DNA from: Candidatus Poribacteria bacterium
Lineage (GTDB): Bacteria; Poribacteria; WGA-4E; JAJDTR01
Length of the DNA: 63,255 bases
NCBI GenBank assembly: GCA_965222225.1
Contig: CBDCTK010000001.1
Location: forward strand, 1 to 63,255
Reading direction: 5' to 3'
Shown here: positions 54,634 through 63,255 of the stretch, piece after piece
Numbering within the stretch: position 1 is the first letter of the stretch
Layout of the letters: each line of letters begins with the position of its first letter
Made by a program: the position numbers and the translations under genes
Notes under the pieces: model-generated
Database searches by the model: none
What the model saw: the letters and a program-made list of their open reading frames with translations, nothing else
What the model was told of the DNA's origin: nothing

Positions 54634-55003
54634 GTTTGACTGATAGCGAATGGGTTTTGGAAATCTACAATAATTTTTACAACCGCCAGTATTGCTGCGC
54701 ATTTTGGAGCCTCTGACTTGTATTTTAGACGCCCAAATTAGTTCTAGGTTTACAGTCTGTTCGGGAAACGATACAACGGCATACCACTTAGCTTCATCAA
54801 TGGGCTTTCAGGGGTTTCGACCGTCTTTTACGTTGTTTGCCAAATTATCTTTTGGTACAATGTAGGTTGCGGCGTTCTAACGCCAAACGGGGATAACGGT
54901 TTGTATAGGACACACCTTCCACAACCGCAGGTTGCAACGAAATTGTCGGCACTCCGTTTGTCCGACGTACGACTATTGACCGGCGTAAGCCATAGGGGAA
55001 CAA

Positions 55004-56734
55004 TTGATGAACCTTTACCTCCGACTGCTCGGGCACATCCGACCGTATTGGGTGAGTTTTGTCATCGCGCTAGCCGCGATGTTGATTGTGTCAATCGGAA
55101 ACCTTATCCCTACCATAATTGGAGGGCGAATCATCTTTGATCAGGTCATCGCGCATCAAGATGTCAGTCGATTGCACTGGGCTGCGCTAATCTTGATCGG
55201 CATCCACCTCATCAAGAGCATTGGCATAATGATTTCCGAGTGGCTTTCGCATGAAATCGCAGAGCATATTATCTTCGATATGCGGACGCAAATCTACACC
55301 CACCTGCAAAAGCTGTCGTACCGTTTCCACAAGGATAATAGCACGGGTGAACTCATGTCGCGGGTAGTGAATGACGTTGACGCACTGCGGGATATGCTCG
55401 CGCATAGCCCGAATATGCTTGTCGTGAATCTATTGACATTTGTGGGCATCGGAATCTTTCTATTCATGGAGAACTGGCAGCTTGCACTCGTTGCCGTAGT
55501 GCCAGTGCCGTTCATCGGATTTGTGATGGTGAAATTCGGGGTGAAACTCCGCCGAATCTACGATGATGTCCGCGCGAAACTCGGAGATGTCAACGCTCGT
55601 TTGCAGGACAACCTATCCGGTATCTTTGAAATCAAATCATTTGCTCGCGAGCCCTACGAGGCCGCGCGATTTGCTGGACAGTGCACCGACTACCGGGCCT
55701 CAATTATTCGCGGTATCCGCCTATGGATGCGAGTTAGCCCAATCGTACAGTTTGCACTTGGAGCGAGTTGGACAGCGATTCTCTGGTTTGGTAGTTGGCA
55801 AATAATCAACGGTAAAGCCGGCATGACCATTGGGGATTTATTCATATTTCTCGGTTTTCTGTGGCGGCTATTTATTCCGATTGAAATGGTGAGTCACGAG
55901 ATTGAGAGGCTTCAAAAGGCACTTGCTGCTGGTGCTCGCATGATAAACCTGCTAAATGTGGAACCCGATATTCAGGAGCGATTTCAGGCAGTGAGTCGAG
56001 AAATTCGAGGCGAGATTGTCTTCGAGGATGTCTCCTTTAGGTATACAAACGAAGATGTGTTGCAGAAAATAAACTTAAAGATTCGCCAGGGCGAGACTAT
56101 CGCTCTTGTTGGTCCGAGCGGTGTTGGCAAAACGACGCTTGTAGGGCTTGTACCCCGCTTTTACGATGTAAGTAGCGGACAAGTGTATATTGACGGCATT
56201 GATGTATGCAGTTGGAAACTGCATTCTTTACGCAGTCAGATTGGACTAGTGCCTCAAGAGACGTTTCTCTTTAATGGGACAATTGGAGAGAATATCGCTT
56301 ACGGCAAGTTGGAAGCCACTCAAGCAGAAGTTGAGAAGGCAGCACAGGCAGCCAACATCTACGATTTCATTGTGAGTATGCCTGACACTTTTGATACGCG
56401 TGTCGGTGAGCGGGGATTGCGGCTCTCCGGCGGTCAGAAACAGCGTGTTTCAATTGCACGTGCCATTCTCAAAGACCCTCCCATCCTGATTCTCGACGAA
56501 GCGACCTCTTCTGTTGATACAGAGTCTGAGCACCTCATCCAACAAAGTCTAACGGGTTTGCTCCGCGGACGCACCACTCTAATCATCGCGCATCGGCTTG
56601 CAACGATCAAGTTTGCAGACCGAATCATCGTTCTAGAGAATAGCCGGATACTTGAATCTGGGACACATATTGAACTTATTGCTCAGGAAGGTTTATACAG
56701 CAGGCTGTACAATGCTCAATTTGCGGCGGCTTAG
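55004..56734 (+). CDS. ABC transporter, fused permease/ATPase (MsbA/MdlB-like)
   Basis: TM domain, GPSGVGKT, LSGGQKQR, ILDEATSSVD. Confidence 0.93.
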   Translation: MMNLYLRLLGHIRPYWVSFVIALAAMLIVSIGNLIPTIIGGRIIFDQVIAHQDVSRLHWAALILIGIHLIKSIGIMISEWLSHEIAEHIIFDMRTQIYTHLQKLSYRFHKDNSTGELMSRVVNDVDALRDMLAHSPNMLVVNLLTFVGIGIFLFMENWQLALVAVVPVPFIGFVMVKFGVKLRRIYDDVRAKLGDVNARLQDNLSGIFEIKSFAREPYEAARFAGQCTDYRASIIRGIRLWMRVSPIVQFALGASWTAILWFGSWQIINGKAGMTIGDLFIFLGFLWRLFIPIEMVSHEIERLQKALAAGARMINLLNVEPDIQERFQAVSREIRGEIVFEDVSFRYTNEDVLQKINLKIRQGETIALVGPSGVGKTTLVGLVPRFYDVSSGQVYIDGIDVCSWKLHSLRSQIGLVPQETFLFNGTIGENIAYGKLEATQAEVEKAAQAANIYDFIVSMPDTFDTRVGERGLRLSGGQKQRVSIARAILKDPPILILDEATSSVDTESEHLIQQSLTGLLRGRTTLIIAHRLATIKFADRIIVLENSRILESGTHIELIAQEGLYSRLYNAQFAAA

Positions 56735-56741
56735 AGCGGTT

Positions 56742-57113
56742 TCAAAAGCCAGTCAAAGCATCTTCTTCCGACTCAAAGATTTCGGTCGTTCTTGTACTTT
56801 CCGGTCCCTTCAAATTCCGCGTCAATCCGATGGTGTTGAATATACGGCGCACTTGATGTGAGGGGTGCGCGACCCGCAGCACTTGCTCTTTCTCGCGTAA
56901 TTTCCAGAGCAACTTAACGATAAGCCCAAAACCACTGCTCGTAATAAAACTCTCCTCATCGAAGTTCAACAGAAGTTTTGACGAGTTCTGCACTTTTTCC
57001 TGTTGATAAGCGGAAATTAGCGCCTCCTCCGAATCTTCCGTGAGATAACCGCTAATGTCGAATACGGCGACCTCACCTGAATGCCTAACCAATATTTGAG
57101 ACCCTTTTGTCAC
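56742..57113 (-). CDS. STAS-domain anti-sigma factor antagonist
   Basis: DISGYL, FITSSGFG, IFNTIGL, FESEEDAL. Confidence 0.82.
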   Translation of the reverse strand: MTKGSQILVRHSGEVAVFDISGYLTEDSEEALISAYQQEKVQNSSKLLLNFDEESFITSSGFGLIVKLLWKLREKEQVLRVAHPSHQVRRIFNTIGLTRNLKGPESTRTTEIFESEEDALTGF

Positions 57114-57323
57114 AATACGTCTCCTTCAACCTTGAATCTACCCGATGCATAATCACAGACGCGGCAGTTATCTTTCTACCCGTAGTCCACCGCTTATTTC
57201 AGAATGGCATTTTCTTGAGAGGATTCCATCATGATAGCACAATCGAGGAGAATACGAAACGAAATTATATAGGCTGTGATTTCGCACGACACTAGGTCAA
57301 TCGGAAGAAAGGGAAATAAACCC

Positions 57324-58343
57324 ATGAGAGTACAAATGCTTCATTTCGCTCTTTTCACTTGGATTTGTCTCTTCCTCTGTACGTTTAGCGGAGTTTCTAT
57401 TGCTCAAAATTATCAGGATTATCAGATGTGGAATTTACCTGACGGCGCCATCGCCCGATTTGGAAAGGGCGGTATCAGTCAGGGTGACAGAGTAATTGCC
57501 GTTTCTCCCGATGGGGGACTCCTCGCTTTAGCGACAACGATCGGCGTTTGGCTTTACGACGTAGAGACGACCCGCGAACTCGCATTACTGGCCGGAGAGT
57601 CGGGTTGGAGCCATGCCTTGGCATTCTCACCCGATGGCGCAACACTGGCTTCAGGGTCGGAGGATAAAACCGTCAAGTTGTGGGATGTCGAAACCGGAAA
57701 ACATGTCGCTTCGCTTCAAGGACACACGAGATTGCTTAGGTCTGTCGCGTTTTCTCCCGATGGCACAACGCTTGCCTCAGGGGCGATGGATAAAACGATT
57801 AAACTTTGGGAGATTTCGACCGGGGAAAATATTGCTACCCTCAAAGGGCACACGGATGAGGTCAAATCTGTGGCATTCTCGCCCGACGGCACGGAACTGG
57901 CTTCGGGGTCTGCGGATAAAAATGTTAAACTTTGGGATGTTTCAACAGGGAAAGAAATCACCACATTCAAGGGGCACACTGATCGGGTCGGGTCGGTGGC
58001 ATTTTCACCTGATGGCACGACAACCACTGCGGCGGGATTGGGAGATAAATCCGCTAAGCTGTGGGAAGTTTCGACAGGAGAGAACATCGCTACACTTCCG
58101 GGACATACAGGTTGGGGTTGGGTCTCCGCCGTGGCGTTTTCACCTGATGGTACAATACTTGCCGCGGGGTCGAGTGATGACACCGTTAAACTGTGGGAGG
58201 TTTCGACGAGGACAAACATCGCCACGCTCCGGGGAAACAATCATTGGGTCCGCGATTTAGAGTTTTCACCCGATGGCACAAAACTGGCTTCAGCGTCATT
58301 AGAGGGGACGATTTTGTTGTGGGATCTGAAGGTGGTTGACTAG
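57324..58343 (+). CDS. secreted WD40-repeat protein
   Basis: Signal peptide, NLPDGAIARFGKG, seven (F/V)SPDG repeats of ~42 aa ending in W[DE] or similar. Confidence 0.92.
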   Translation: MRVQMLHFALFTWICLFLCTFSGVSIAQNYQDYQMWNLPDGAIARFGKGGISQGDRVIAVSPDGGLLALATTIGVWLYDVETTRELALLAGESGWSHALAFSPDGATLASGSEDKTVKLWDVETGKHVASLQGHTRLLRSVAFSPDGTTLASGAMDKTIKLWEISTGENIATLKGHTDEVKSVAFSPDGTELASGSADKNVKLWDVSTGKEITTFKGHTDRVGSVAFSPDGTTTTAAGLGDKSAKLWEVSTGENIATLPGHTGWGWVSAVAFSPDGTILAAGSSDDTVKLWEVSTRTNIATLRGNNHWVRDLEFSPDGTKLASASLEGTILLWDLKVVD

Positions 58344-58354
58344 CATTGCGGCCT

Positions 58355-59593
58355 CTAGCACACCCGAAACAGCTTCAGGATCGCAGCCAGCACTTTTTCG
58401 CGCATTCGTTCATAGGCGAGTGTCACACCGGCGATATTTCCAGCCGCGGGCCCAATCTGGAGTTGGGCGATAACGCCGCTCCCGAAGAGGTTTTGAACGG
58501 GCAGGAGTTGAAGTTCTCTGTCCAATTGTGGTAGTCCGCACAGCGTTGGAATCTCATTTCGTTCAATCAAATTCGATAGGAATCGGTAACGATGAAGATT
58601 GAACCTATGCCCTGTCGCAAGGACAACCAAATCAACGTCGTTAATCGTACTCTCGGTGGTTTTCACTCTTAAGCGGGAATTTTTATCAATCTGAAGGATT
58701 TTCCCGCTGGTCTGAAGGTGGAATTTCCCATCTGCCCTAGTCTTTGTAAGCGCCTCCGCAATTTCGGGAGTGACGTTCCCTTCGCCTCTGGCTTGTTGTA
58801 CTATCTTCCTGCGTTTCTCCCAATCCGATTCGTGGCTGAATCTACTCAACGCCTTGGGGCCCAGCCATGACGGCTCAAAATCGAACTGTTGAATTTTCAA
58901 CGGTCTACGGGCGATCATGGCGACTTCCACGTCAAGGTCCGTTAAATTCTTCGCCAGCGTAGCGGCTGTCAACCCTCCACCCGCTATGACGATTTTGGAG
59001 GGGGCAACCTTTTGCATCATTTTGTGCAGATGGAATTCGGACGAATGCAGGATGGATTCGGGAAAGCGACGCCTAAAGAGGTTCAAGTCAGACGGCACGT
59101 AATGGCAGTCATCGGTTCCGATGGCAAGGATGACACAAGCCGCACGAAACCCTTCGTTCTTCAGAGAAATGACTCGAAATGGGAACCTATCGCTCCCTTT
59201 GTCCCATCGCAATTCGGCAACGTCAAATTGATGGTATAGTTGTCGGAGGTGTTGTGTTTCAACTTCGTGAAGACAGAAATCAAGAAAGAGATTTATGGAC
59301 GGCTGCGAATTAGGCGGGGCAAGTTCCGCAGTCCGATTCTGTGTTCGCGCATATTCGACCAACCCTAACGAATCGTTGCCGATGTGATGTACAGCAGGGG
59401 AGCGGAGGAACGCCATCCCTTGGCTTTCGGTTTTTTGTCGCCATGCCAGGAATGGTTTTGGATTTCGATCGAGAATGACGAGATGTTTTGCCGCGGATGG
59501 CACGTCGCGAAGAATTCGACTGGCGATGGCGCAGCCGTGTATTCCTCCGCCGATTATCGCGATAGGGATGTTGCGGTGACTGAGTTTCAACAT
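58355..59593 (-). CDS. FAD/NAD(P)-dependent oxidoreductase
   Basis: IIGGGIHG, FLRSPAVHH, IAGGGLTA, VLATG, GPAAGNIAG. Confidence 0.82.
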   Translation of the reverse strand: MLKLSHRNIPIAIIGGGIHGCAIASRILRDVPSAAKHLVILDRNPKPFLAWRQKTESQGMAFLRSPAVHHIGNDSLGLVEYARTQNRTAELAPPNSQPSINLFLDFCLHEVETQHLRQLYHQFDVAELRWDKGSDRFPFRVISLKNEGFRAACVILAIGTDDCHYVPSDLNLFRRRFPESILHSSEFHLHKMMQKVAPSKIVIAGGGLTAATLAKNLTDLDVEVAMIARRPLKIQQFDFEPSWLGPKALSRFSHESDWEKRRKIVQQARGEGNVTPEIAEALTKTRADGKFHLQTSGKILQIDKNSRLRVKTTESTINDVDLVVLATGHRFNLHRYRFLSNLIERNEIPTLCGLPQLDRELQLLPVQNLFGSGVIAQLQIGPAAGNIAGVTLAYERMREKVLAAILKLFRVC

Positions 59594-59726
59594 TGACTAG
59601 GAGAACTCATCCTTGAACAACAAGAGGTGGGATGTGAATCATGAAGCGTTCTACTTAATTGAAATGGCAACCCTGCTGACTAGCTACTTATACTGATGCC
59701 TGTCGGAATACCCACCGCGTCCATAC

Positions 59727-60599
59727 TTAACGCGTATTTGCCGCCGCCAAATCCGCGTCTATTAGTTCAAAACTCCGACGAATCGGCTGCTCAAGCTCAA
59801 AAAATAACGTGTACTCATATTTGATAATCCCAACGTTGGGAACAACCCAATACTTAGCGGGCGGTAGTGCGAAGGATTGCCCCGCATCACTATCGGGTTG
59901 TCTCCCCACGATTTCTTCCTCTACAACATAAGCGTCGTAGCTACCGGTGGGAACGGTTACGGGTTTTTTCACCAGTATTACGCGGCGAATGACTCGGACA
60001 GCCGGTAGCGTCATTTTTTCAAACACTACCCACTCTTTTCCGAGTTTTAGCGGAAAGTCCCAAATTATGCGATGCGGAGCATGCTTCTCATGGAAAATGG
60101 GGTTTTCGCCGCCAATATATGCATCGTACGCAGTCTCAATGTAGGCGTTTGGGGTTTTCAAGAAATACGTGGCGTAGATAGGAACTGCCTCCTTATAGAA
60201 TTCATCGGAGTAGAAGTCATCAGAAAAAAAGCGAAAGTAGAGGTTATTTGCCGAGAGGTGGTCTATGGCTTCTCGATTAAAACGCTCCGGTTGTTGAGGA
60301 CGCATCTCGCTGATGGTCATTTCCCGGTGCGTGAAGCCCCCGATATCGCGTGTGTCTTCTATGCGTAATGTAAACTCCTGCCCCGTATCCAAGGCAACAT
60401 ACGTCCAGGCGGAACCGTTGTTTGTCGGGAAGTCGACCGCTTGGAACTCGGCGCTATCAGGCGGCGGGATACTCACCTCACCATGCGGCTGAATGAATCC
60501 GTCTTCCCCACAGTTTAAGAGGGAGAAAAGCGTCATCAATAGCGCAACGCCTATAATCGAACGCCTGAGCATTGAGCAATTCTTGAGTTCAAATCTCAT
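59727..60599 (-). CDS. hypothetical lipoprotein
   Basis: LLNC lipobox-like, FPLKLGKEW, VTVPTGSY, WVVPNVGIIK. Confidence 0.65.
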   Translation of the reverse strand: MRFELKNCSMLRRSIIGVALLMTLFSLLNCGEDGFIQPHGEVSIPPPDSAEFQAVDFPTNNGSAWTYVALDTGQEFTLRIEDTRDIGGFTHREMTISEMRPQQPERFNREAIDHLSANNLYFRFFSDDFYSDEFYKEAVPIYATYFLKTPNAYIETAYDAYIGGENPIFHEKHAPHRIIWDFPLKLGKEWVVFEKMTLPAVRVIRRVILVKKPVTVPTGSYDAYVVEEEIVGRQPDSDAGQSFALPPAKYWVVPNVGIIKYEYTLFFELEQPIRRSFELIDADLAAANTR

Positions 60600-60883
60600 T
60601 GTATTTTCGATTTGGATTGTGGTAATTGAAAATAATTTTCCTCAATCTCAGTTCGCGTTCGCTGAAAATCGAGCAATCTCCAATGCCGATTGTGCGCGAC
60701 AATGGGACGAGATTCTGTAAGCGCAAACCTTACTAGCGATTCCAGAACTCTACTCGCGGCAAGAGATCGTTATGCGGAGAGGCGTTCTATGGGATCTCTA
60801 TCGCACTCACTATACGTTCGTTTGATCGGTCCTACGGGAATCGTAGCGTTCACATTTCACCGAGGGAATACCGCAAGAATCAA

Positions 60884-63255
60884 CTACCACATGATACAAA
60901 TTTTCCCTTGGTCATGAAATCCTTGTCCATCTTCAGCATGAAAAAAATAAATCCCACTGTGAATCTTTTCGCCGCGCTGATTCGTGCAATCCCACTGAGA
61001 CGCGGAATCAATTACCTTGACAAGCCCGCCGTTCGTGTCATAAATCTTTACCTTCATACCCCTCGGATAGAAGTAGATGCTTTCGTCTCTTGAGGCATAG
61101 AGAGGATTCGGTGCGACTGCGAGGTTCCGTTCAGCGGATTGCGGCGCGTATTGGAATGTGCGTCCGTTGAGGATTTGTGTTCCTGCCGATCCCGATTCGG
61201 TCTTGCCCATGATGTGGTAGGTGTAGATGCCTGCCGGTGGAAAACCGTTCAGCATCAGCTTTCCCGACCATCTCGCATTGGATTTGCTGCTCAGGTTGAC
61301 GGTATGGGCAGATCCGTCGGGCAAACTCACCGTGAGGCGCGGAGCAGCCGACAGATTTTGTGTTCCAGACACTTCAACGTTCCACTCGCCTATCGGACCT
61401 TGTTGAGTATTTATAAAGAATGCTGGTGCCCCACTCGCCGCACTAAAGGAGGGTGAAATGCCGTGTGGGTCGATACTCGGCGTGCCCATGATTTCTGCGG
61501 CGCTGACAGGCACAACAGCGTAGTAGTAGCGAGTATTCTCGATTTCAAAGAACAGGCTATCCACGTTAATATCCTGGAATATTGTCTTATCCTCGAAGTG
61601 TGTGTCAGTTGCATTTATTCGACCAACAATGTTGATGTCGTCATCGGGTATGCCGTTTCTATCGCGGTCCGCGGCGTTCAATACCTCGGCGGCACTTTGG
61701 AAGGGCATATCATAATCGGTTTCAATCATGGATGTGTATCGCTTTCGCACTATCACGACTTCGCGAATACCCGTCAAATCTTCAACTTCCCACTCCAACC
61801 GCACACCACTATTTCCTTGGAAGACTAATGGTGTTGACAGTCTTCCACGAGGAGGCGCTCCTGCCATGTAGCTGACCGAACCGCCAAAGTAACCTCCGCC
61901 TGGAATGATGACGAATTCCACGTCAGGCTGCAAGTTAATCAGGACTAGAACAATCCGTTGGATTTCGCCTCCGAAATCCTTGAATGTAAGTTGTGCCTCC
62001 TGAGAGCGTTGATAGGTGAACCCCTCACGGATTGTAGTTGTCCCGTCCCGTTTTACAACAATGAATTTGGCACCCCAGCCGCGCAACCCCGTGAACAGAT
62101 GGCGGTTTAGTTCATCTTGAATCGCGGACTGATCGTTGGCACTCAACCGAGCCATATCAATTGGCGCCAAGTCTGCCCCATTGATTTTGACCGCGAATTC
62201 ATCCATTCCACCAGGCGGCGGGTCAAATACGATATAGCGGGAGGAAAAATGTTCCGGCATTGATTCGGAATCAAAGTCGGCGCGCAGCGGATAGGAGCGA
62301 TGAATGTCGTTGGGGTGAATAGCTACCGGCGGAAGGCGATGTCCATTAAAATAGTGTTCGCCATCATCGCGATTGTATGTGAAGTAGTTCCACACAGTAA
62401 AGGTTTTGAACGTCTCTACAATGTTTGACCCATGATCAATGAAAACCTGAGAGAAATTTGCTAATTCACGGTAACTTCCTTCGGTTGTGTTTGCGTAGAA
62501 CTGTCTGACGATGTCAGTGTCGAACCGTTCAGCCATATAGAGCGTCCAAATCACCGACCCGTATTCGTGATCGAGAATGCGGCTGTCGAGAGAAATGTCC
62601 GGCTGCATGAACCAACGCCGTAGTTGGTGGGCATAGTAGTTATACGCATCTGTTTCGCCTATTTCATCGGGATCCGGAATGTTATCAAGATCATCAATCC
62701 GCCCTCCGTCATACACTTTGGATTCTATCCAAGTGGCTGAGGCCTCCATGAACCACGTTGGCATGAACCAGTTATAAGCGCCCTGGATTCCGTGAAGAAA
62801 TTCGTGTGCGGAAGTCGTTTGGATGAAGCGGATACTTTCGGATTTGCCAAAATAATCGTATAAGCGGGTGTTAATGGCGAAATATGGCCCCAATGTCGCA
62901 ACGGTTGAGAGTACACGCCCGCTATACCAGTCACCCGTCGTGAAGCCGAGAGCGGGAAACATGAAAAGGTAAACATCATATTTGTGATTACCCCCGTTGT
63001 CCTCCACCCAAAAATCGTCAAGGGGTTGTTTGAACCCCATCAACTCTACTTGCACATGGAAAGATCGCTCCATCGCCTCGGCACAAATCTCAACGTAATC
63101 CGGAACGCCATTCATCGGTGCAATGTCCTCAAGCGGAGGCGCATGTGCGCCAACCTCCGTATAATGGAGTCGAAAATGCGGCGTGTCAAACTTTCGCGGT
63201 AGATGAACCGATGCGTATGCGCTACCTTGCTGGCCGGGACGGAGAAATATCCCTC
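60884..63255 (-). CDS. secreted zinc metalloprotease-like protein (MXAN_6640-like) with FlgD/T9SS-like C-terminal domain, 5'-truncated
   Basis: Frame open to the window end (TPHFRLHYT..NGVPDYVE); AHEFLHGIQ and WFMEASATW; C-terminal APNP..KIYDTNGGLV..WD..SGIYF. Confidence 0.75.
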   Translation of the reverse strand, partial: GIFLRPGQQGSAYASVHLPRKFDTPHFRLHYTEVGAHAPPLEDIAPMNGVPDYVEICAEAMERSFHVQVELMGFKQPLDDFWVEDNGGNHKYDVYLFMFPALGFTTGDWYSGRVLSTVATLGPYFAINTRLYDYFGKSESIRFIQTTSAHEFLHGIQGAYNWFMPTWFMEASATWIESKVYDGGRIDDLDNIPDPDEIGETDAYNYYAHQLRRWFMQPDISLDSRILDHEYGSVIWTLYMAERFDTDIVRQFYANTTEGSYRELANFSQVFIDHGSNIVETFKTFTVWNYFTYNRDDGEHYFNGHRLPPVAIHPNDIHRSYPLRADFDSESMPEHFSSRYIVFDPPPGGMDEFAVKINGADLAPIDMARLSANDQSAIQDELNRHLFTGLRGWGAKFIVVKRDGTTTIREGFTYQRSQEAQLTFKDFGGEIQRIVLVLINLQPDVEFVIIPGGGYFGGSVSYMAGAPPRGRLSTPLVFQGNSGVRLEWEVEDLTGIREVVIVRKRYTSMIETDYDMPFQSAAEVLNAADRDRNGIPDDDINIVGRINATDTHFEDKTIFQDINVDSLFFEIENTRYYYAVVPVSAAEIMGTPSIDPHGISPSFSAASGAPAFFINTQQGPIGEWNVEVSGTQNLSAAPRLTVSLPDGSAHTVNLSSKSNARWSGKLMLNGFPPAGIYTYHIMGKTESGSAGTQILNGRTFQYAPQSAERNLAVAPNPLYASRDESIYFYPRGMKVKIYDTNGGLVKVIDSASQWDCTNQRGEKIHSGIYFFHAEDGQGFHDQGKICIMW

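Noticed and set aside
57610-58330. ~126-bp periodic repeats as a CRISPR array, and the long overlapping ORFs 57613-58260 and 57716-58240
   Set aside because: These are coding WD40 repeats; the overlapping ORFs are shadows of repeat codon usage

Overview
Bacterial chromosomal segment. The WD40 protein with an NLPDGAIARFGKG start, two PhyH dioxygenases, a DUF6785-like membrane protein and secreted proteins ending in an NYPNP/FlgD-type domain suggest Candidatus Poribacteria or a relative (inference). Intact housekeeping genes are gpmI (5'-truncated), mutS2-dnaG-rpoD, pyrG, holA, purA, rplM-rpsI and hslVU. There are five tRNAs: Gly-CCC, Ile2/Met-CAT, Val-CAC, Glu-TTC and Lys-TTT. The window also has a CotH/porin cluster, a glycosyltransferase cluster, a copper-resistance cluster (multicopper oxidase plus TolC) and about seven disrupted accessory genes. 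The top finding is a 357-nt ORF-less group I intron (36339-36695, minus strand) interrupting tRNA-Lys(UUU) between anticodon positions 34 and 35; I am not aware of tRNA-Lys as a classical host for bacterial tRNA introns. Also notable are a two-copy ~240-bp TA-ended MITE-like element, several GTAG-type REP palindromes, and a gene broken only by two A-tract -1 shifts.
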